A DNA stretch of 15,323 nt from the UHGV virus genome UHGV-1764124. One strand, given 5' to 3'. The DNA comes from a virus. Shown here one piece after another: positions 7,207 to 14,447 of this stretch (positions within the stretch are counted from its first letter, which is position 1; the number at the start of each line of letters is the position of its first letter). Under the pieces are notes generated by a model, which was not told the origin of the DNA, made no database searches, and worked only from the letters and a program-made list of their open reading frames with translations. A program made the translations under genes and the position numbers.

Positions 7207-7504
7207 GTTTAGACCTCGATACTTTAAAAATTTGAACGACGTTACCGCGCGTTTTAATAACCGCAGCCAGCATGACAGCGTTGATAATGACCTCAGATAA
7301 ATCCACAGCCATTGGCGTACGTAACCAGATTGCATAGGCGACTCGAACAGGAATACTGGCCGCAGCAACAATCAGGAAATAAGCAAGCCATCCTCCCCAC
7401 CTTCGATGTTGAGAGCCGTTACGCCGGAATGTGACAACGCGAATTGCTATGCCAGTGCAAATAACTGCATTGGTGATAAGCAAAAAAAACTCATGCGTTA
7501 CCAT
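7196..7504 (-). CDS. Small membrane protein of the lysis cassette (holin or antiholin candidate)
   Basis: 102 aa with 2-3 hydrophobic helices; strong SD GGGGAGAA 7 nt upstream; overlaps both neighbours. Confidence 0.55.
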
Positions 7505-7895
7505 CGTCTTTTCTCCCCGGAATTAACTCGCGTGGATTATCGGAACGGTGATAGAGCCATATACCAATACGCACAGCGACAATTGCTGACACGAATGCGC
7601 CTGCAGAGAAAACAATCCCTTTTTCAAAAGAGTCCTGCGTGATGGTAGGGATCAGGCTGGCTATGCCGATAAGAATTGATGCTGCTGGTTTGTAAAAGAG
7701 AAGGCCGCAAAGAAAGCTGAGCATCGACAGGAGCACCCGGCGACGGATGGGGTACTCTACTGCAGAGGTAACAAAAATTACCGCCCCAGCCAAAGCCCCT
7801 AAAGCAACCTCCGGAGGGGCACCTGCAATAACCGCAGCAAGAGAACTAAAACTAAGCAACTGATTTAATTGCTCACTTGTTACTTGAGCAGACAT
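7491..7895 (-). CDS. Holin-like membrane protein, first gene of the lysis cassette
   Basis: 134 aa with 3-4 hydrophobic helices and a charged C-terminal tail; SD AGGAGA 5 nt upstream of the ATG. Confidence 0.55.
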   Translation of the reverse strand: MSAQVTSEQLNQLLSFSSLAAVIAGAPPEVALGALAGAVIFVTSAVEYPIRRRVLLSMLSFLCGLLFYKPAASILIGIASLIPTITQDSFEKGIVFSAGAFVSAIVAVRIGIWLYHRSDNPRELIPGRKDDGNA

Positions 7896-8176
7896 ACTTT
7901 CTCCTGTTTACTATCTATAAGCCAGTCAATTATTGATGACTAAACCCGCATAGTAAACCATATATGAATCATTATTGTTCCATATCATATATCTCAATAA
8001 AAGTACTAATGATTTTACAGAACGAGCCAGCAGAGTGGGGGCAGTTGTACAGGAACCATAGACTTAATTTTGTATTTAATAATGCTATGGTGTAATAAAC
8101 CTGAACATGTATTTAAAATACGTACTGATTCATGATAGAATTCAAAGATAACTTTTCACAAACTCCGTTTTTGATA

Positions 8177-8205
8177 CCCGCAAAATATTGCGGGCTTTTT
8201 TTTAA
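8177..8205 (+). terminator. Plus-strand-oriented rho-independent terminator overlapping the tailspike stop codon (orphan)
   Basis: Stem CCCGCAA / TTGCGGG with loop AAT(A), followed by eight T on the plus strand. On the minus strand the stem is followed by A-rich sequence, so it is a poor minus-strand terminator. Confidence 0.6.
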
Positions 8206-11200
8206 CGTTCTTCCAGAGACTGAATCCGCTCTTTTATCTTATCCATTTCTCTGCGCTGCCATGCTGCCTCGATATAGAATAAGAGATCAGGTCTGACCCC
8301 CCATCTAGATCCTGCTGGCGTTATTTCAACGCGCTCAATGATGTCTTCCATTACCATCACTGGATTATCATCCTCATCAACAATGATGCTCCCGTCATTA
8401 TCAGTCAGCGGCATTTCCCTTTGGCCAGTAATGACGTCATCATATACTGCGGGATAATCGTCATAGCAAAGAAAGGCATAGCGGCATGTTGTGCTTTCTT
8501 CTTCCATGAGTCCGTGAGAAATAAGAACATCACGAAGTTGCTGCGCGATTACACCATGATGTATCCTCGCCCCTTCTTCCCCCTTTATAGCGACAGCGTT
8601 CAGCCATTTATAAGCGATATACCTGACGTCACCCCAGGCATCCAGCAATGCTTCGTCAGGAGAGACCGGCTCTGTCTTTAATGTTCCGTCACTGGTAACC
8701 ACAGGATTGGAGCCAAGATAAACTGTCGAGAACCTGTTTCCCGGACCACCAAGAGCATTTACATTATCAAGATAAGGTTTAACATCTCCGTTCTCAAAAA
8801 GATGTTCGAGTGCGTTATATACCGCGCGACGTGGAGTACTGCTTCCGGAACCATGCAACGTTATCATTGCACCATCTGCTGAAGACGTTATTTCACCGCC
8901 GCTAACGATTAATCTCTGAGCGGTAACATCATCAGACGGTACTTTCTTCGCAATAATGGCGTAATTACCCTCAAGTTTGACTTCCGCGCGAACTTGTCCT
9001 GATGTACCTGCATGGACAGTCAGTGACTGGACGGCAACATCATCTGTGAAATCAACGGGTACAGGAACCGTCCTCACGCCTGACGTCGACATAAAAGTAG
9101 GAAGCGTTCTGTTAGGAGTGGCTCCGTAGACAAAATCCCTTGAAACAAATTCTTCCTGTTTAATTTTCACCCTGAAACAATACAAATCAGCCGGGTGACC
9201 ATCGTGAACATAAGGATATTTTCTGTTGTTATCCCCTATGCTCCATGGGTTTAGAAAGTCTTCCCCACCGAAAATGTAGTACAGCCAGTTGTCTTTGATA
9301 CAAACTGAACCAACACCAACTGCAGAGTTAACTATTCCGCCCTGATAAATCTGATCAGTAACATTAACCCACTCTACATTATCCAGACTCCACTCATTGA
9401 CGTTAACTCTGGTCATAAATGTTCTTGGATAATTTCCTGCATAACGGTTATCAGGTTCTCCTCCTTCCCACTCACCAAATGCGCGCTCACTGCCAAAAAT
9501 AATCAGCTCATCGCCAACTTTGGCAAAAGGAAGGTTTGAGTGATGAACATTATTTGGGAAGCGAAGAGAATTCCATGATGTACCTAAATCAGAGCTTCTG
9601 TGCAATGAACTACCGGGTTGAGTACTTAATGTCCCCCTGGTCGTCAGATACAGAATGCCATCATAATATTTTACACATGGCTCAGATGCATTCGCCTCAT
9701 ATTCTGCAGGTATGCGTCTGCGAACAAAGCTACCAGGAGAACCGAAAGCATCAGAGAAATAGAGTATCCCAAGCTCGCGTGGACCAATATCACCATTATG
9801 GTAGCCAACAGCAAAACTGTTATCGCTAATCGTCGCAAAACTGTGAATCTCAGTAACAGGAGTGCTTCCGTCAACAAAAGAAGGAATAGTTCCAAGACTG
9901 GTTTTTCTCCATGGTGACGAGTGAAATGATGTACCAAAACTCCAGTATCTACCCTCGTTATTCTGATCCACATCCTGGGTATTTTGCGTCGTAACTGTAA
10001 AAGTATTTTTATCAATAACAGTAGTCACCGTCATATTCCCGGTAACACCTGTAACACCAGAGTTTGAGAAGTTGACAAAATCACCAGCAAATAATCCGTG
10101 ATCAGTAATGCGAATATAAGCGACTTGCTGATTTGCTGCTTTCGTTATACCACCATAAGCGCGAAGGCTGCGACTCATTGGGCGATCCCACAACTCTGCA
10201 ACCTGCAGTTTATTTCCGCTCACGGTCCGCGTCTCAATTACAGCAAAAAGGCGATTTCTGACAACCCCCATACTCATGCAGTGATAGTTAACTGTGGGAT
10301 AGTTTTCATGTAAATCTGTAAGCCATTCCGGCGTTGTCCAGGTCTTCCCGTCATCTCCTGAGCGAACCCATGCAACATGGAGGTTATTTACACCATGGCG
10401 GTCTCCAGCCATAAAAGGCGCATAGATGACATTGTCATATACAAACGTTTTATCCTGCGTCCAGGCGTTGTACCACGGTGTATCTGTAATTTTAAATAAC
10501 TCTCCCTGGATAAAATCTTCAGAAGCATAAAAAAGAGGCTGGCCCGGTATTCTCTCAAATAAAAAACGAGCATTTTTAAATCGACTGACATCCGGAAGAG
10601 TTGATACTTTAAAAGTAAGCCCTAATCCGTCAATTTTATAACCTGGAGATGAGGCTTCAAGGCACGCGCTTATTGCAGTGGAATCGTCATTTATACCATC
10701 ACCAACAGCTCCAAAATCTTTGGGGCTAATAGCATCACGCATTTTATCCTGGAACGTTCGGTACACAGCCCCAGAACCATACTGAATAAACCAACCAAAA
10801 CCACCAACAACCCCGGCGATTGCAGCATCGACATAATTACGCATTGAGCGATTATTTACAGCGTCCTGCTCAAATGATGGATCTGCAAGGTTAGAAATTT
10901 TGTTTTGCTTTGCATCGTAATATTTTGCAAGCAAAGATGGTTTCATCAATGCACGTCTGAACCACCCAAAACATTGCTGGATCAGCATCGTCAGGTAGTC
11001 AAAGGCATCTTCATGCACTTCGGGGAAAAATTTTCCCTGATTGCGAAGGTCTGTCTCCTGCACTACATCAAGCACACGATCTATCGTAATTCGCCATCCA
11101 GTAGCAAGCGGAGACGGAAGAACCACAGAACCGCCACTATAAGTGCCCGCCCCAGTTACCGTATAACCGGTATCCAGAACCAATTCTGTTACGTTTCCGT

Positions 11201-11321
11201 TCAGGTCAGACACCTGAACAACCAGGTCTGATTTTCTGAAAATTCGAAAAGTATACGGAAACGATGTCGTAACGCCGTTACCGGTGTATTCGTTGTGGTC
11301 AACTTCGGTTGAGACCGTCAT
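8202..11321 (-). CDS. Tailspike / tail fibre with T7 gp17-like N-terminal domain, Asp-box (sialidase-like) core and C-terminal S74 chaperone domain; endosialidase-like
   Basis: 1039 aa; SD GGAGA. N-terminus resembles T7 tail fibre gp17 (KISNLADPSFEQDAVNNRSMRNY vs T7 RRIVNLANAVDDRDAVPFGQLKTM, from memory). Two Asp-boxes, SGDDGKTW (321-328) and SSDLGTSW (576-583). DFGAVGDG motif. C-terminal 160 aa with S877/K882 dyad spacing and GARIHHGVIAQQLRD. The CDS is high confidence; endosialidase specificity is about 0.5. Confidence 0.85.
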   Translation of the reverse strand: MTVSTEVDHNEYTGNGVTTSFPYTFRIFRKSDLVVQVSDLNGNVTELVLDTGYTVTGAGTYSGGSVVLPSPLATGWRITIDRVLDVVQETDLRNQGKFFPEVHEDAFDYLTMLIQQCFGWFRRALMKPSLLAKYYDAKQNKISNLADPSFEQDAVNNRSMRNYVDAAIAGVVGGFGWFIQYGSGAVYRTFQDKMRDAISPKDFGAVGDGINDDSTAISACLEASSPGYKIDGLGLTFKVSTLPDVSRFKNARFLFERIPGQPLFYASEDFIQGELFKITDTPWYNAWTQDKTFVYDNVIYAPFMAGDRHGVNNLHVAWVRSGDDGKTWTTPEWLTDLHENYPTVNYHCMSMGVVRNRLFAVIETRTVSGNKLQVAELWDRPMSRSLRAYGGITKAANQQVAYIRITDHGLFAGDFVNFSNSGVTGVTGNMTVTTVIDKNTFTVTTQNTQDVDQNNEGRYWSFGTSFHSSPWRKTSLGTIPSFVDGSTPVTEIHSFATISDNSFAVGYHNGDIGPRELGILYFSDAFGSPGSFVRRRIPAEYEANASEPCVKYYDGILYLTTRGTLSTQPGSSLHRSSDLGTSWNSLRFPNNVHHSNLPFAKVGDELIIFGSERAFGEWEGGEPDNRYAGNYPRTFMTRVNVNEWSLDNVEWVNVTDQIYQGGIVNSAVGVGSVCIKDNWLYYIFGGEDFLNPWSIGDNNRKYPYVHDGHPADLYCFRVKIKQEEFVSRDFVYGATPNRTLPTFMSTSGVRTVPVPVDFTDDVAVQSLTVHAGTSGQVRAEVKLEGNYAIIAKKVPSDDVTAQRLIVSGGEITSSADGAMITLHGSGSSTPRRAVYNALEHLFENGDVKPYLDNVNALGGPGNRFSTVYLGSNPVVTSDGTLKTEPVSPDEALLDAWGDVRYIAYKWLNAVAIKGEEGARIHHGVIAQQLRDVLISHGLMEEESTTCRYAFLCYDDYPAVYDDVITGQREMPLTDNDGSIIVDEDDNPVMVMEDIIERVEITPAGSRWGVRPDLLFYIEAAWQRREMDKIKERIQSLEER

Positions 11322-11424
11322 GTTAAATCTCCAGATAGTCGCAGCACCCGTTGCGCCGCATATCTGGTTATTCTATTACCTGGAAAACCACATATGGATA
11401 GAAAGGATGTAAATACGAATAGAT

Positions 11425-11441
11425 ATTACCTTTCAGGTAAT
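11425..11441. promoter_or_regulatory. Third copy of operator-like palindrome ATTACC-tttca-GGTAAT
   Basis: Same 6-bp arms and 5-bp spacer as 505-521, with shared flanks (ATAGAT...GGTAATTT); sits in the divergent region between the tailspike start and the LexA-box gene, just before TTGCAA (11442-11447). Confidence 0.3.
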
Positions 11442-11477
11442 TTGCAAAACGTGCTGGATAGCAAACAAATTATTTGA

Positions 11478-11497
11478 TACTGTATAAATATACAGTT
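11478..11497 (+). promoter_or_regulatory. LexA (SOS) box
   Basis: TACTGTATAAATATACAGTT matches the E. coli consensus TACTGTATATATATACAGTA at 18 of 20 positions, with a perfect CTGT-N8-ACAG core; lies 20 bp upstream of ATG 11517. Confidence 0.75.
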
Positions 11498-11516
11498 ATT
11501 GCATGGAGAAGATAAG

Positions 11517-11774
11517 ATGCAGCAGTATCACTATCCACTGGAAGACGGATTTACCGAAAGGATTCACACGCCGGGAGGCGTCAGGTCACTGGTGGAGGGA
11601 TCGCACTTGATGAAATTACTCCGGGATCTCGATAAGGATGGATTTAATGTCGATGGCCCACTTGCCGAACTGACTGCACTGATTAACTACGTCACCAGCT
11701 CACAGATGTCTATGCAGGATCTGCAAACACATCTCGACTATTGTGCCGAACAATTACGAAAACAAACCCGGTAA
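11517..11774 (+). CDS. Small LexA-box-associated protein (85 aa), function unknown; candidate SOS-induced antirepressor or moron
   Basis: ATG 11517 with SD GGAGAA (11505-11510) is preferred over the track start at 11499; opposite orientation to all flanking late genes; no transmembrane segment; no motif I recognise. Confidence 0.6.
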   Translation: MQQYHYPLEDGFTERIHTPGGVRSLVEGSHLMKLLRDLDKDGFNVDGPLAELTALINYVTSSQMSMQDLQTHLDYCAEQLRKQTR

Positions 11775-11780
11775 ATTTAA

Positions 11781-11798
11781 AGGCCGCGAAAGCGGCCT
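11781..11798. terminator. GC-rich hairpin between convergent genes (probably a minus-strand terminator, possibly bidirectional)
   Basis: Stem AGGCCGC / GCGGCCT with loop GAAA; on the minus strand it is followed by TTTAAATTTA, whereas on the plus strand no U-tract follows. Confidence 0.5.
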
Positions 11799-11817
11799 GT
11801 GACATGTCACGCTCACG

Positions 11818-11958
11818 TTATGACAAGCCTATGTACCCTGCTACACCAGATAATATCATAATAACTGCAACAGCAAATTCGCCATCGTCAATGATACATT
11901 TACGGTTCATAACGCCAAGTGCAACAAGCGCAAACACAACAAGAATAAAAGCAATCAT
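11818..11958 (-). CDS. Candidate micro-ORF encoding a 46-aa two-helix membrane peptide
   Basis: ATG with SD AAGGA 6 nt upstream, 10 nt after the stop of the 824-aa gene; product MIAFILVVFALVALGVMNRKCIIDDGEFAVAVIMILSGVAGYIGLS. Not in the ORF track (below cutoff). Confidence 0.35.
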   Translation of the reverse strand: MIAFILVVFALVALGVMNRKCIIDDGEFAVAVIMILSGVAGYIGLS

Positions 11959-11967
11959 TTCTCATCC

Positions 11968-14442
11968 TTATTGCGGAGTGACATCCTGTGGTCGCCACCA
12001 GTATGTCTGGTTAAACTCTTTCTTCGAACGTTGCTCCATTTTACGCAAATAACCTGGTGAAAAATACTCCTGCATCTGGTTAAAGATCATGTGATCGAGA
12101 GCCGCCTTCAAGTACCAGAGATTCGCACCTGGCATCAGACCTTTCCCCAGCTTAACCAGATCACCACCAGTCTGCTCACTCTTCCCTTCCACAGCATTTA
12201 ACGGTATGCCCTGAGCAATCTTCACTACGTCATCAACCAGACCAGCTACCGGGCCAAGCATCGACGCCAGCGCGCCGCTTCCGTACCTAGTGTGATCTGA
12301 CAATAAAAAGTCACCGTAAAGGCCAAGACCACCACCTTTCAGTAGAGCACCAAGCCAAAATTTAGCAGCATCTTCTCCTGTCATCTCGCGAGGATTACGA
12401 CCAGACGCAAGGTCGTTAAGTTGCTGCGACAAAGCGCCAAGAATGGTCGTACTGGCAATAAACGTCGCAATATATGCCGCACGCCCACCAGCAGACGGCA
12501 TACCCATAGCGCGTGACCAGTGACGCATAACCACCGAGATAGGGAACGATTTAAACAGGAAAACACTTCTCGTTAATTCACCTTTCCATGTTCCACGCTG
12601 AATACCAGAACCGGTTATCAGTTGCTCACGTGCTCCCGGTGTAATAACAGCCATATCAACTTCTTCAGTTACGGCACCGAGCAGTTTACGCATTGCCTCA
12701 AATTTCACGCGTTCAGGCTCACCAAGATGTTTAACTGCTGAATCAGGGATACGCATAATGCTTTCCGGTGTCAGCATCGTATTATTACCGTTCCCCCAGT
12801 CCTCCTGTTTCGCCAGCTTCCATACGCTCCAGTCTGTGTCAGTAATCCCTTTGCTTTTCAGGATACGAAAATCAGAGTCATCGAGGCTACGAAGGTCTGG
12901 TGTACGTGACACTACTTCTCCCAGGCTTCCCATCATGGTTACGCCATAGGCGCGCTTGTGCGCATCTGACCATGCTGTAAGCCCACTGGCACGCATTACC
13001 GCCGTTGCCGCCCAACGAGACACTGACGGCCCCATATTATCCATCGCCCAGCGGTTAACGCTGCCAAGTAGAGATTCCATCGCCAGACCAGCGCGGCGCG
13101 CCCGCGCAAGTTCTGTACGGTTCGTTGGGTCCATAGCTTCAAGCTGGTTGCGGAATAACTGGTTCATTGGAAGGTTGGTAACCTTCGCAGACAGATACAT
13201 GGTTCCAAGATCAGAGAACGATGACAGCAACGCGGATCCGAGTCTGCTGGCAACCAGCCAGTTGCGGATATTGTCAGACCATCGCGCGATGTGCGGATTC
13301 GCTACAGGCTGTGTCTTTCCGGAAATAAAGTTGTACAGATTCTCTGTGTTGTTCGCCAGCCGCTCGACTTTACCGGTTTTACTCGGGTTAGCTGTTGCCG
13401 TTTCTGCCTTCACCTGATCAAGAAGAGAGCGGAAAACATGATCGGGGTTTGGGCCATATGTTTCCACCAGTGCAATATCTTTACTGATACCTTCCAGGTG
13501 ACCGACCATGATTTCCCATAGAGAGCGATCGCCATAAAGTTGCTGATATTGCAGATAGGAATCTGCATCTTTGAAATGTATCTGTCGTGATGCATTACCA
13601 CGGTTAGCACGTGCGCCGGAAATTCGCATTCCGGTATCAGTAAGCTTATTCAGCCCACCAGTAGCGATCGTGTTATAAGCCTCTCCAAGAAATGAAGACA
13701 ACTCGGCATCGTTCATCAGTTGTCCATCGGCTCGGATATAATATTTGCGATCCAGCTTACCTATAACATCGCTAACCCACTTATCCTTTGATACTGCCCC
13801 AACCTTTTCCATAGAATGATGTTGAGGGATCCCCCAGTTTTCGAGATAGCCAATGTCCCCACCAGCATCATTAAACCGGCGGCGCAGCAGCTCTGTAACT
13901 TCTCTCCACGCCTTAGCACCGTTTCTTGCTTTAGCATTGCCAGTATTTTGCCCCCGCATTTCATATACCAGGTCACGTACGCCCGCTTCATCTTCAAACA
14001 GACCAAAAAAGCGAGGATCAACTGCTTCGAATGCCTCCTGCAATTGACTCAATGCATAATCACGGGTGGCTTTTGTTCTGGATTCAACAGAGAGGAAATT
14101 AGATTTACCGTCTGCATTAAAAGCTATAGTACGGTTAAGAGCGCCAAGTTTCCCATCAGCCCCTTGATAGCTATTGATAAATTTATCCAATCTCTGACGC
14201 GCGGCTATAGTGAGAGCCACACGACGTTTCTTTAATGCCGCTTCTCGCTGTAATTCTTCAGATGCCAATTGTGCTGCTCGATATAGCCGCTCTGATTCGG
14301 AAAGTTGTCTCCACGACATCGGGTCATCACGAGCAATGGAGCGCATATTTCGATAAATGCGGTCTTCAATGTTCTGTATTTCTCGCGCCGTTAACGTGCG
14401 CTGCGCCGCCTGCTGGACCGCTTGTATACATTCCTGTCTCAT
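11968..14442 (-). CDS. Large virion protein (824 aa), candidate internal core / ejection protein
   Basis: Long ORF with SD GAGAGG; helical Q/R/E-rich N-terminal part and Gly-rich C-terminal segment (KGGGLGLYGDFLL); positioned just upstream of the tailspike in the late operon. Family is unassigned. Confidence 0.75.
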   Translation of the reverse strand: MRQECIQAVQQAAQRTLTAREIQNIEDRIYRNMRSIARDDPMSWRQLSESERLYRAAQLASEELQREAALKKRRVALTIAARQRLDKFINSYQGADGKLGALNRTIAFNADGKSNFLSVESRTKATRDYALSQLQEAFEAVDPRFFGLFEDEAGVRDLVYEMRGQNTGNAKARNGAKAWREVTELLRRRFNDAGGDIGYLENWGIPQHHSMEKVGAVSKDKWVSDVIGKLDRKYYIRADGQLMNDAELSSFLGEAYNTIATGGLNKLTDTGMRISGARANRGNASRQIHFKDADSYLQYQQLYGDRSLWEIMVGHLEGISKDIALVETYGPNPDHVFRSLLDQVKAETATANPSKTGKVERLANNTENLYNFISGKTQPVANPHIARWSDNIRNWLVASRLGSALLSSFSDLGTMYLSAKVTNLPMNQLFRNQLEAMDPTNRTELARARRAGLAMESLLGSVNRWAMDNMGPSVSRWAATAVMRASGLTAWSDAHKRAYGVTMMGSLGEVVSRTPDLRSLDDSDFRILKSKGITDTDWSVWKLAKQEDWGNGNNTMLTPESIMRIPDSAVKHLGEPERVKFEAMRKLLGAVTEEVDMAVITPGAREQLITGSGIQRGTWKGELTRSVFLFKSFPISVVMRHWSRAMGMPSAGGRAAYIATFIASTTILGALSQQLNDLASGRNPREMTGEDAAKFWLGALLKGGGLGLYGDFLLSDHTRYGSGALASMLGPVAGLVDDVVKIAQGIPLNAVEGKSEQTGGDLVKLGKGLMPGANLWYLKAALDHMIFNQMQEYFSPGYLRKMEQRSKKEFNQTYWWRPQDVTPQ

Positions 14443-14447
14443 TTAAT

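Noticed and set aside
6556-7212. 218-aa plus-strand ORF
   Set aside because: Entirely antisense to the endolysin gene, with no start signals; shadow ORF.
7207-7371. N-terminal 55-aa extension of the endolysin ORF (track start at 7371)
   Set aside because: The extension overlaps the upstream membrane-protein gene and the GH19-like region begins at the internal Met (MEIKQFQ), so the start was placed at 7206.
7924-7929. TTGACT hexamer on the minus strand as the lysis-operon -35
   Set aside because: It lies only about 30 nt from the holin start codon, so a -10 would fall in the RBS; the real late promoter must be further upstream in the AT-rich gap and could not be pinned down.
9536-10313. Several 70-115-aa ORFs on both strands inside the tailspike region (9536..9829, 9671..10015, 10098..10313)
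   Set aside because: Overlap the long tailspike reading frame, have no SD motifs and low-complexity products; treated as frame shadows.
11741-12052. 103-aa plus-strand ORF
   Set aside because: Overlaps the terminator hairpin, the 46-aa micro-ORF and the 3' end of the 824-aa gene on the other strand; low-complexity product.
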